64,000 nucleotides of DNA from Lingula anatina. Lineage: Eukaryota > Animalia > Brachiopoda. The notes beneath the pieces are model-generated. The model did no database searches, was not told the DNA's origin, and saw only the letters and a list, made by a program, of their open reading frames with translations. Shown here in pieces: positions 40,987 through 54,058 of this stretch. The DNA is taken from contig CM120647.1 in assembly GCA_051362555.1 (NCBI GenBank), forward strand, positions 7,130,001-7,194,000. Reading direction: 5' to 3'. The stretch's first letter is position 1. The number at the start of each line of letters is the position of its first letter. A program made the translations under genes and the position numbers.

Positions 40987-43900
40987 AGGCATAGCTAGTC
41001 CGTGAGTTCCGGCAGCGATATGAACTGAAATCCGAAGAACCTTGGGCGAAAGCCTAAGAATTTGTCAGTCGTCATCAGCTGCCAGAAGAACCAGTACATA
41101 ATTACATTGCGTCGGTGCGTCGCGACGCCAAACGTGCGCGTTTAGATGAAGGAGCGGCCCTTACAGTGGTAATGAATGGGTTACTCCCCGAAACCCGTCC
41201 ATTTGTATTGCACAAGGAGCCCTCTGACTTTGATTCACTTATGAACCACGGGCGCATTGCAGAAAACGCGGTCCAACCGACGAAAAGAAGTCAACGAACT
41301 GACATAAAAATGATAACAGAGAAAATAGAAGCTCTTCAGACTTCAATAAGCGACGCCGTCCGTAACAGTGCACAGTCTGCAATCCATTTGTTGCAAAACC
41401 CAAGTGAGACCAGAAATGAAACAAAACTTGCACCCCCGAGAGCGAGCCCTATAGTGTCTTCAGGAAAATTCACTCCCAACGCCATAGGTCCTAGACGTAT
41501 GCCTCATCGCAACAGACATCTGCGACGATCAGAATACAAATTAACATCAGCTGGACGTTCTAACTATCCTCAACAGCGAAACCCCATAAGAAAATGACCA
41601 ATGTGTCAGGGATGTGGTGAGTACACGCATCTTAGCTAGACCTAATTGTTTTGCTCGCAATTTTAACTGTAATTGTGGTAAAATAGGTCACGTAGTCTGT
41701 CATGCTGCACGTGTAAACAAAAAGCTAAGAAAAAGAAAATAGTTTTATAACAAAATGGAAGATAGAAAAGTGCCAATTTCTATCTTTCCGATTACCAAGC
41801 TAATAATCTGATATCAATTCAAATCGACAAACAACATGTCAATGTTTTGGTTTACACAGGTGCCGTCATATCAAGTTAGGAAAAAAATTATGGAAATACA
41901 TACGAAAAACTCATTAAAAGAAGTTTCAGTTGTTGATGGATCTGTGATTTAAGTTCTAGGAAAAGTGGAGTTACCTCTTTGTTTTGGACACATAAAGTTC
42001 ACGTATTAAATCAGTTGGCACAGATTTCTTAAGAAAATACAATGTGAAAATTGACTTATCGTCTGATAGCATGACACTGCCTGATAATGATTTGCTCTTA
42101 ACCTTGTATAGCCCACCTGTATTAGGTTTAGTACGTTACTTTAAATCAGAATTTATTCCACCTAGATGTGGATTATATCTTAAAAGTGTAAATGGTTTAC
42201 AATACATGAGTATCATTATATGATAATATTTAACTGTATGTATTTTATATTCGTATTATGTGTATTAATCATGAAATGACATTTTCAACTAAAAACTTAT
42301 TCTGTTGTTATTGAATAAATCACGAAATTGCTAATAACAAACTAGCCTCGGAGACTCCTCTCAATTCATGCATAAATAAATATAATTTATTGGGCACAAT
42401 AAAAGGATCCATGTGGGATGAGAATATCAGTGTTAGACAGGCTTCCCAGGGAGCTTGGCTCTTATAAAACAAGCTCCAGATGTTTCCTCCCTAATTTCAG
42501 TCAGGATGCCTCCTTTGTGTTTTTCACACTTAGACTAAATCACTTTCAAGCGGCACTTGTGAGACAGAATTAGGGGGTGCCACCTACCTGCGCGTGGACA
42601 GTGCCACCTTGCCTCTGTAAGACCAGCCAATCAGAGGTCAGTTACTCAGGTTATAGTTAATACTCTTGTTCACTTGTTTACTTGTCTAGTGAAATTCACA
42701 ACATTCAGTAAATAAATGTTTAAGGTGAATTTTGGAAAAGTTATTCAAATCCTACCCTGCCCCCCCCCCCCCCTATTATTTTTTCCTCTTTACTGACTAA
42801 TGCAGCAGATTTGATCATTGGTTAGATCATTGGTTAGATAAATGTACAATGCTCAGGAACTGCCATTTAACAGGGGCCGGTTTCACAAAGCAGTAGTTAG
42901 TTAGAACAACTAACTACTGAACTACCTCGCTAACGAGCAAACTTAGCGATTTTCGAGGGGTGTTTCAAGAAACAGTCGTTAACTCATCGCTAAGTTCAGT
43001 CGTAAAGTTCGGTCGTTAGTTCTCTCGTTACTCACCGTAGTCTCGAAACCGTCTGCCGGAAGTGGAACTCTTGCGTAAAAGTGTCACGAAAGCACTAACT
43101 CTCCAATTTTTGGTGGCTGGAAATGCATAAGAACGTCTGCTTTGAGGTCGTCGTAAAGGATCTCCACCACCTTTTTGCCGCTCTTTTTGTCACAGCTAGG
43201 CGCAACCTCTCGTAAATTGCATCATCGTGTGTATATTCTAATAGATTCTGCCTTTCATGAAAACGTCGTAGTCTACGTTGCCGTCTGGCGGTACGGATAG
43301 CAAGAAAAGTAGCCGCCATATTGGATACAAAGACAAACGACAGACAACGGTAACTAAGCAACCTTTTTATTTCACTCATTACGCATGCGTACGATGAAAC
43401 TCTAGAGTTAGCGACTGGTCTGACCAGTCGTTAAATATCCAAGGCAACAACGAGACAATAACGAGCGAGAGAACTAGCGACTGCTTCGTGAAACGGCACT
43501 ATAACTAGCGATAGGCTAACTACCGATCGCTAACTAACTACTGCTTTGTGAAACCGGCCCCTGGCTCAATGTCAGCAACACAGCGAGGAAGTGAATCGTC
43601 TGATAAATAGGTGCATGTATATTGATATTGGAACAGATGCTGTGCAATACTAGTCAACATTTGATTCGTCCACAGCTCAGTTAAGTTTTTTTTTTAATAA
43701 TATTTTAAATAATGTAATTTCAAGTCAGAAAACTACATATAGTACTATTTTGACTATACAACGCTTGCATTACACCTAAATAAATCAGGTTTGCCTCCAT
43801 ATGTTGGTTATGGGAGACCATGAAAGGATCTTGTTCACTACCTCAGAACTTGTCTTCAACTTTTACTCATCAAAAAATATCTCTACCTCAGTTACATGAG

Positions 43901-46900
43901 TGTACACCTCTCTGGATCCAATGCACAAGATTAGTACCCATTGGGTTGATAATATGTTTCTTGTTGTAAACACATTCTTTTTGTTTGTTTATTTAAAAAA
44001 AAAACGAAAAAAGAAAAAAACAGCCATTGGTAAATGTAGTAATATTTTATATAAACCCTTCTTAAATGCACTGCCTTTCCGTATATAACATTGCAAGAAA
44101 AGTCCACGCGAACAGAAAATAGATAGAGATAATTGACAGCACGTAGAATGGACATGATCAACAGCCTCTGCGTGTGGTCTACGAAATCTAAAAAAGGGAA
44201 CATGTTCGCCTGCCGTGCGCCTGTAGTAAGGGACACGTGAGAAAATTATTTTTCCCATTGCGATTGGTAAGTGCGATGCACGTGGTTAAGGGGCACGGTA
44301 AAGTACTCTTTTCGTTTAACGGAAAGTTTTTTAAAACCACCACTGGAGGGCGCGCCGCTCGCGGTTCCCGTCGGGGGAGCCTATCAAATTTAAGGCCGTT
44401 AGCCGAAAACAGCCACGTGACTCTTTTAAACTCGGCAATTGACGTTTTGGCAGCTAGCGAGGAAGACGCGTCTAGGGAGCAGGCGCTCTCCCTCATCCTC
44501 CGGTGCTTCATATTTATTGCGCTTTTATTTCCCACCCACCCACCCTCAAGGGGATGTACGAAAATTCCAGACTTGCAACTCAGCATGGGGGATATAGTCG
44601 TTTCATCATCAGTAGGTTTTTATATACAGTTATTTTCCATTGTGTCAACTTTTTTTCTTTAAACGAATTGTTATACTATATATATTTCAATTGTATGTAG
44701 TTAGTCGTTTATTTATTTTCTTAAATAAACTCTGCAAGTCCGAAAGTGTGTTGGTTTTAAATAACTTATTCCTTGCTTGAAATAAAATACTTTAAAAGAC
44801 AACAAAGAGCAAGGTGGGGAGAGGGGGACCGGGGACAAGCCAGGCATAAAATGAGCTCACCATTTTGAACACTGCTGCGGATATAATGATCTCCTCAGAC
44901 ATGCGCTGTTTTTATACCCTCCCAAGACAGACGTGCAAAGGACGAACAACAACCGTAGCCCTACGTCCCCTTGCGTTCCCCTTGCGTTGCCCGTTCTCCC
45001 AGTACGGATTGCGTTCATAGTGCACGATGCTTGTACATAGCATGCACGGGGCGCGGGCCGCGTGCGAAAGCCCGTCAGGTGCAGCAGGTACTTCTGACGT
45101 GCGGAGGCTGTGCTTCTCACGTACTTTCCACGCATTTTCTTCTTGCGCACTCCTTGCAATCACCCAATTACTTGATTTCCTCCCTGCGACCTTGCTACGA
45201 CCCAGCGAAAGGAACCTAAAAAACGCACGTCCTGAAAGTCGTGCGTGTAGTTGGGACCCAGGATTAGGGTTGCGTATTATCACCTCATATCTACACATAT
45301 ACCAACACAATTATTCCTCTGGTTGTTTCATTAGGTTGTTTAAAATATGGCAGCTACAAAGGATGTTCTTTGTTCTTCTTATGTATTATATAATTAGACT
45401 GTCACTGGGATGTCCAATGGTATCCGAACAACCCTGTTAACAAAACAGTATATAAATGACACCACTTCATTATGTAACCAATCAACAATTTGACCTAGAA
45501 ATTTAAGGCTTTACTAGAACAATGCGTATAATGGCATTTGTGGTTGTTTAGCAGTTATAAGTAATAATAATAATAATAATAATATATTTATTTCAAGTCT
45601 AAAATCCATAAAATGTTCAATAGACTGTACAACATAAAATACAAAGAAGTTTATAGATAAAAATGGTTAAGATATATTTTATATAAATAAGAGCTAAACT
45701 AACTTAATTGTAATAAACAGTAATTAAAAGGAAAAAAATCCAAGGTTTCTTTAAAATTGTAAAATTTAAGATTCATGAATAAAATGTTTTAAAAATATGA
45801 GTTTTTAATTCCTTTTTAAAAGATTCTTGTGATTCTATTTGTCTAATAAAAATTGGCAACTTATTCCACTCTACTGGTGCAGCTACACCAGTATCTCTAA
45901 GTACGTATCAATACTTAGAGATTACACTGATGCTCATAAGTTAAGCAACACCCCGGTTATTTCAAAAGTTTCTTCTGTCATGATCATTATTTCATTTGTT
46001 GGTGGGATTATGCATATTTCTTTCATATTTTATAAATAACTTATTCAAGTTGAATATTTCGGTTAAAGAAATACACCACACAGCTTATTGTAATAATCAA
46101 AATGACTTTATTTATCCAAACGGTACTAAAATATGCCAAACCATGTGTCAAAAAAGTATGCTCACACAGCAAAAAGTACGTGCTGATTAAAACAGCTTAT
46201 TATGAAAAAATAAAGTTCGATCATCTAAGAATTAGTTTTAATAAAAGAAGACTGTAGATAATAGATGATTAATCGTCTATTATGCAATAAATACCGGGTG
46301 TGCTTTCCCTGGTTTTGAACAACAGCTTCACATTGTCTCCTGCAACTTGCCACCAAATTCTGCCAATCTTACTTTGAGAGCCGGTTCCATTCTTTATTTA
46401 CTGCCTGTTGGACCTCTCTAATGTTTCTAACTGGAGATTGTCTCTCATTTATTGCCCTGTCAATCATATCCTAAGCATGCTCGATTACATTGAGAATTGG
46501 TAAATATGCAGGCCAATCCAAATGTGGGATACCGCGCTGTTGCAGTGCGTCTTGCACGACCATGCTTTCTGGATGGGCGCATTGTCCTGCACCAAAATTA
46601 TTTTTCTTTCTGGATTTGCTTGAATGTGTGATTGTATGCACCCCAATGGTATTTCGTCTCTGTATTGATGACCAGGGCGCCTCCCTTGAATGACGTACGG
46701 TGGCAATTTTTTATTGTTTGGCTGAAATGAAATGGTCCTGGTGGCATAATCGAACCAGATATCTTCATCTCTTGCGTCGGTTAATATTGGTCTACCAGAA
46801 AGAGGCTTGTCCAATACATGATGAGTTTGGCGCCATTTTGCTACCAGCTTGGACACTTGACTTGGTGCTGCTTTTTTGTTGCCTTGCAATCTGTCTCTTT

Positions 46901-49900
46901 GGCACCCCAGCACGATGGCTTCCCATTATTTGCCATCTGATTACCTCGTTGAGTCCTCTTCTAACCATTGGTTGGTCCAAAATAACAAATTGTGCCCATG
47001 AAACTAGCCAAACTGGAAGCTCCTCATGGCATGGCCAAACTGTGTTTTTCGCAAATGGCACCCCCATTGCACATTCTATCGTGCCCAACAGTAAATAGTA
47101 CTCTAATGTCACGGTCCAGTAAGTCAAAGTAAAAACAAGAAAAATATCTAGCTATTGTACAAATTTTGCCTCAATAAAATTTTTGGTTGCTGAGAAATTC
47201 GAGAAATAAGAAAGTGTTGCTTAACTTATGAGCATCAGTGTATAATCCAACTTTTAGCACACTGTGCAGGCTGTGAGGAAAAGATCCCTTTGAATGTGTC
47301 ATGTAGGCACTCCGTTACGCTTACTTAAAAAACGAGAGGCAAAGCAAATGCAGCTAAAATTAGATCCCTTGACAATCGCGTAACTGTGATCTAGGGCGTG
47401 CGATGTCTGATTGCGTAGCCTCACCATCCGCCCCTTTCTACACAATGCAAGTGGGAGGATCGCAAACAATTGGGCCTAACTGGAAGCGACGTTTGGCGGA
47501 TTGAATACTTGCACGTGCATTGATTACAACCTGGGTCATGTACAATCGCCAGTTCTCTGTGTTTCAATCAACGTCAAGTTGCAAGTGTGTATATACATGC
47601 CAGCAGGCATAGTGACGTTGGATCAACGTTGAAAACAGGTTGATAAGTTGAATTGCCGTTGATCTAACTAAATTCAACGTAAAATCAGCGTTGTTTCAGC
47701 CCCGTCAAAACACCGTCATAACGTAACGTTGGCTCAACGTTGTATTTTGGTCATTGACTCAACGTTGTTGTTTGGTCGTCGTGATGCAAGACATGGATTG
47801 AAATTTAAAATATTGTAACGCGACGCGGCCGTCCGCCTCGAGTCGGCGACGACACCCCGACGCGGTGTGGGATTGATGTTGCCTGTACCTTGAGGAAAGT
47901 CTATCCCCAACCTTCGGAAATAAAAAAAAAAAAACAGGTATTACATTTCCAATATGATTATTAAATCTCCAAACATTGAATACAAAAATTCATGCAATAT
48001 AAACGTGACTTATGGCCACAATAGTTCATGCATTTCCAAGTATCCTTTGACGTGACTTATGGTCATTAAAGTTCACAAATTTCAAATGTTGCGCGCGACA
48101 GCATCTGGGTAGTAAAACGAAGACAACGAAGACATTTCTGGTAGCGTCGTGGCTTGCGTAGTCTTCTTATGGGTAGCGCAGCGGTTCCCGTAGATCGCGT
48201 ATCTTCTCATATGAATTATCGTACGTAGTCTTCTTATGGTAGCGTCGTGGCTCGCGTAGTCTCACTCATCTCCGTGGTGCTGTCCGTTCTGTAATTCTCT
48301 GTTCAAGATGATGTCCTCATGGTAGGGAGTTCATACCGCATCGCACGGCCGCAGGCGCTAGGGGAATCCAAGTCAGCTCTCGGTGTGCACCCTCTCCCGA
48401 CAGCCCGATTCCAGCTTCACCAGCTCTGATGTGGATGCGGCGATACTCTCTACCAGAAATGCGCAAGGGTGCGGGTCAAGTGATACCAACTCAATACTGA
48501 CAATCTTTCCGGTCACCAGTGACGAGGGCGCAGGGGATCGCCGCGGCCTTCAAACCGATCAGTCTAGATCTTGGCGGCGCTGAAACCCTTTGACCCGGGA
48601 CCAGTGATCGTTGGCACCGAAAGAGCAAGGTTAATCTTCGCATATCACAAGCCCACATTTTCCACTCCCTGAGCACCGTCTGTTCCGTGTGAAATCTTCA
48701 CCACGTCTCCGTTTCTAAGGTCACAGTCGGCTGGCATCCACTCGACTCCTCCGGTTGGACACACTGAACTAAAGAAACAAAAGCAAAATCTGCCCCTTCA
48801 CACGTGGTAACTCGACTCCCTTCACACGGGAGGAACACTCTTGGGCTGGAACTCGGCATCAGACCCAAGTGGACGTCCGCTCTACTATGGCGCCCCGGAT
48901 CCGGCCGGCTTTTCACCCGGGGTCGTCATACACAATAATTGCAACATCCTTGGCACAGCTCTACCAAGGGGTCCCAGACCGTTATGCTGCATAAGCCCAT
49001 GGCCCGGAAGACACTGAAGAGGTTCCGCCCAGCCAACTGTTAACTCAAAGGAACTCAAATCACGTTGATTAGTAATCTTAACCGGAGAGTAACTCTCCCA
49101 CTTTGCACTGTGCTAAACACTGATTATTCAACTATGAAATTTACTTCTTACAATGATTTTATATCTTAGCATTGCCTACACTAGGGTCAGGGCCGTAGCC
49201 TCCGGGGGGGGGGACAGGAGGGGCAGCTGCCCCCCCTGGGATATGAGGTGCAAAAAAAATAGTAATAATAATAATAATAATCGCAAAGGTAAAAAAAAAA
49301 ATAATGGCAAAGTTGGTATCAATTCTGTAAGAAAGTGCACTCATGGCCACTAGACAATCATTCAACAATCTGTTTACAAAGGTGTACTGTTTTTAGCCAA
49401 CTCAGTTCATGCCAAAAAGCTCACCCTCCCTTGTTGTGTTGAAAAAATGACAGTATTTATGGTAAAATGAACCCACAATTTCTGACTTCTGATTGAGCAA
49501 TAAATAACAGTTAAATTGCACCAGAATGCAGTATTATACATACAGTTTTTAAAAATTTTCCATGCCCTGGGAGGGGGAACCCCCTTCCACACCCTCCCCC
49601 CTCGGGGGCTTCGCCCCCTCGTGTCCGTTTACTGCCCCCCCCCCCCCCCTGGCAATTTTCTCAGGCTACGGCCCTGCTAGCTAGAGAAATTTAATGAGGT
49701 CCCTAACTCCCTCTGAAAGACTCACTATGCCGACCTTGTCTATCCATAGCCAACATAGCTCGCCGGCGTGCATAACATTATTTCCTTAAAAACCGCCCTC
49801 CCGTACACAGTCTTTAAACTTTAGGTAAATGCGGTTAAATCTCTCCCCCCATATACTATCGTAACAACTTATCTTGCGTACACTGAAATCCTACCCCCAT

Positions 49901-51273
49901 ATACTAGTGTAACACTGAACACTGATTCCATTAGCAGATAACTCAAAACAAGGACCTAGCGTTAGGTTACGCTGTAGTTAAACTAAGCTTAATTATAAGT
50001 GATAAATATGACCCTACGACGTTATCCCTAAAACAGCCAACATGCCTTAACTATGACTGAAATGACGTGGTCACTAGATGACAACATGGAATGACTGACG
50101 TTGTCTCTGACGTCAACATGACGTTGTCCCTAAAAGACAACCTAACTTAACTATGACTGGAATGACGTGGTCATTAGATGACAACATGGAGTGACGGACG
50201 TTGTCTCTGACGACAACATGACGTTGTCCCTAAAAGATAACTTAACTTAACTTTGACCGAAATGACGTGGTCATTAGATGACAACATGGAGTGACAGACG
50301 GCTGTGAAAATAACGAACTTAAATAGTTACTGCTGTCAATAAAACAACTGCAGTAGCAATAACAAACTTACTAGTCTGTGTCCATAATCGGACTCAGTAT
50401 AAACTGTTCTAGTTAGTAATGAAAACTGGGGCTACATGGAAATAAAGTTTCCGTAAAACTTCTACGTCAATCTAGCAACGGTTATAATCTACCGTTCAAT
50501 CTACCAAACATTAAAAATCTCTAAAATAAGACCCCCCCCCCCCGTAAAAATGAGAAGAAAATGGAGCGGGCTAGCCCCTAGGGGCTGCCCTGACGCTTAC
50601 TGATAACTCTCTTCTAAGTCCGGTCTCAGTCTGTACTCGAATCTGTCAAAAACTCTCTCTCCGTACTAGAATCTGTGTAAACGCTCCCTTTCATACAGCG
50701 CGCCACTCTATTTATACTCTGACGCGGCGACGTCATCAGTCGCGCGAAGCACGAGCTTCGCGTACGGCGTAGGTCAGCATGAAGTGGCATATATGGCGGC
50801 TTCCATGCATCGTCGATGCACTGTATCGGTAGTTTTGTCATCTTTAGATAAAAGTTTCTTACAATTGACGGAAATAATTGTAGTAGGGGGAATCAAATAA
50901 AGGTGGAGGGCAGGTACGTAACCGCTAACCCTTCCAAAGTGAATTTCTGAAGAGATTAGGTGAAAATGTTGTATTGGAATGCAAAACGGAGGGGGGGGAC
51001 GTTACAATATTAATTATGAAAACGTGATACTTTGTTTATCAATACTGTAACTAACTTTATCAAAATAATAAAAACGTGTTTTAAAGTAAAAGTGACAGTT
51101 GTTTTGTGTCTTTAGTGAACTAGTGAATTTTCTTAACTTGTTGTTCAGAAATACTTGCAAGGTCAGCTAACATTAGGATAAATAAGTCGCTGTAAATGTG
51201 TTCGAGTGAAGTTAACAAAATTTGACAGTTCTCGGTACTCTGTTATAGATAGGTTGGGAAGACTATGACTTTG

Positions 51274-51332
<59 letters not shown>

Positions 51333-53370
51333 GTAGAAATGCAGCATAGCCTACTGCAATTCTACTCCAAAAAGTACATAGGTTTGTACAGAGAGGAGCA
51401 TTAATGCAGTAGATTAGCAGTATGATAGAAGCATGTTTCAAATATGCCAATTAGCTCCCAAATCGAAGCAGATTTGAAGCATGTTTGCAGTATGATCGCA
51501 GTAGTCTACTGCGGTTTGCAGTATGATTGCAGTAGTCTACTGCGCTGGAGTATCTACTGCGTTTTCTTGCGGGATATCAAACATGTCCTACTGCTTAACA
51601 CATCCAGGCTAAAAGGGTGAACCATGTTTAGGTGCAAAACATGCTTAGGAGCTAAATGCGCTGAAAAAATCAGACAAAGCAGGCACTTAGATGTTTTTAC
51701 AGTGTACGTTATAATTGTGTACCTGTGTTTTGTACCAAAAATAAAACATTTCAGGTCATTTTAATGTCTTTTCATACAAGAATGTTGTCTTACAACTGGG
51801 GTTGATACTATGTCGTTATCTGACGTTGATCCAACTTTCAAACCCAGTGTTTATCTAACGTCTTTTCAACGTTATGGTTCAACGTTGTTTCAACGTTAAA
51901 ACAACATAATTTGCCCGCTGGGATGTATACTAATTGAATAATATCATATTATTGCACGTTGTTCTTTGTTACTTTTAAGCCGATGGAGACGTTCGCCTTC
52001 AGGATGGGGACACGCAATACCAAGGCCGTGTGGAGATCTACCATAACGGGGAGTGGCGGAGAGTGTGTGACCGGTCGTGGGGACTAGACGACGCCAAAGT
52101 TGTGTGCAAACAGCTAGGCTACGAGGATGCCAACACTGGTAAGTATGGTGTACCTTTTTATACTGGTTTTTGTCTTATTATTTCACTTAGAGGCATACTA
52201 ATGCTAAGGAAAATGTTGAGATAATTCCGCTCCACTTCTTTGGATAGGTTGGAAAAATACTCTTGCTTAAAACAAGACCAGATATATGACTAAAATTCAA
52301 AAGGTCACTCTGACAACTTCCGAATTCTTAGCTTGCTGTAGCATTACCCAATAAATAACGTCCAAGTTGCGTAAGTTTTCATAAATTTTTGAGTAATTCA
52401 AAAGTTAGTGGTTAGTGATTTTTTATTAATGGAACAGAGCTGAGCACAAGTATGGCCCAGTCGTTGATGTTTGCTTTTGCAAGACAGTTGTGTTCACAAA
52501 ACTTGAAAGATGGCAACGCCTCCGATTAAAGCCAAAGAAAAAGTTTGGTACTATTTCTGGTTGAAACGTTTACGGTGCAACTAAAAGGACATTACTGTTC
52601 TAGTAAGTCCATCCAACTGCCTAGTACAAAACATCAGTGCTGGTTGTACATCAAAACTAGAAACTGGATAGTTCGCATATACGAAACAGATACCCAAGAT
52701 ACTTATTTTGATCAAGTTCTTAATCGCAAAGGATTGATTTTGGGTTATTCTGTTTTTCTGGCCCATGTGTTCTTGAACAGGACATTTGCCAACCAATGCC
52801 GAGCATCTAATTATTTTATTATTGCTCACCAGAAGAAAACCAAACAAAATCAAATCTCCAAATGTACTGTAGCTTGTAGTTAGAACACGGAAGAAGAGAA
52901 AAGCAATATTAAACAGGTTGAGTAAAACATTTAGTCTTTTTTAGCTTCATGTTTGACACGTTCTCGTACAATCACCTGTTATTCTGTATTTCAATCAACG
53001 CCAGGAGGCATATTAGTCTGATTTGTATTCAGCAATAGTCTACTTGGTGTTACTGTGCAATATCTAGGTCGATGAATCCATTGGAACTTAAAGAAGAAAC
53101 TGAGTTTTACGTCCTATTCTCTTTCTCGACAGCGTTCAGCAACTATAAGCCCCGAGGCACTGGATCCTTTTGGTTGTCCAACCTCAACTGTGCCGGGACT
53201 GAGAGGAACTTGTCCAGCTGTTCTTCCCGAGGGTGGGGCGCCATCGACTCTTTCTGCTTCACAGGAGACTACGACGATGCTGGAGTCGTCTGCAAAGCAC
53301 GTACGTAAATGTCGTGGTATAAGGACAAAATAAATAAATAAATAAATAAATTAAAATAAAAACAAGCTTT

Positions 53371-53451
<81 letters not shown>

Positions 53452-53999
53452 TTTACAAATTAAGTGATGAGAACGTAAATTTTGATAAAAATGGAATTTT
53501 TGTGGGTATACGGCAATTTTCGAATGGTTAATGAACCTTTTAACATATTCAAAGTTAATCGATTTTTATTTATTTTATTTTATTTTTTGTAATAATTATT
53601 ACCGAGATTACAGCCATCTATAAAGGTCCATGAGAAAGCACAGATTCCACAATAATTGCTATTAAACTGCCGTTTTGATGGTAACATAGAGCTTATTATA
53701 TTTACATATTTTTTTTATCCCTTTCACAATCAATCTTATTCAAAGCGGCCAACTTCCATCGTTTTCTGACTTAGTGAAGTACAATAGCTCTCCTCTTTTT
53801 TCTTGTAGCTGGCGATGGTGCCGTTCGCCTGGTGAATACAACTAGCCCCTACGAAGGCCGTGTTGAGGTGTACTATGCCGGGGAGTGGGGACGTGTGTGT
53901 GATTACAACTGGGATTTTAATGATGCCAAAGTGGTTTGCAGGCAACTTGGATTGGCTGGGGCTCATACATCTTTTAAGGGCTGGAATCCAAGAGGCACT

Positions 54000-54058
<59 letters not shown>

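Larger units (their letters stand above)
47814..51006. mobile_element. Long solo-LTR-like element (Gypsy-type termini)
   Basis: TGTAACG...CGTTACA termini with 4-bp ATAT TSD; the empty site is seen in the related element at ~23100-23130; no gag/pol. Confidence 0.75.
47599..51922. mobile_element. CACTA/EnSpm-like non-autonomous element (inverted relative of 22056-24010) with nested insertions
   Basis: Ends ccagcaggcatag / ttgcccgctggga; interior is the reverse complement of parts of 22056-24010. Confidence 0.7.

Noticed and set aside
41115-41597. 160-aa ORF as a domesticated gag gene
   Set aside because: Surrounded by stops and frameshifts in a decayed Gypsy gag-pro region; no ATG start or other sign of conservation.
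50015-50300. Regularly spaced repeats as a possible CRISPR-like array
   Set aside because: Whole 100-bp units are repeated with no unique spacers; eukaryotic context and no cas genes.
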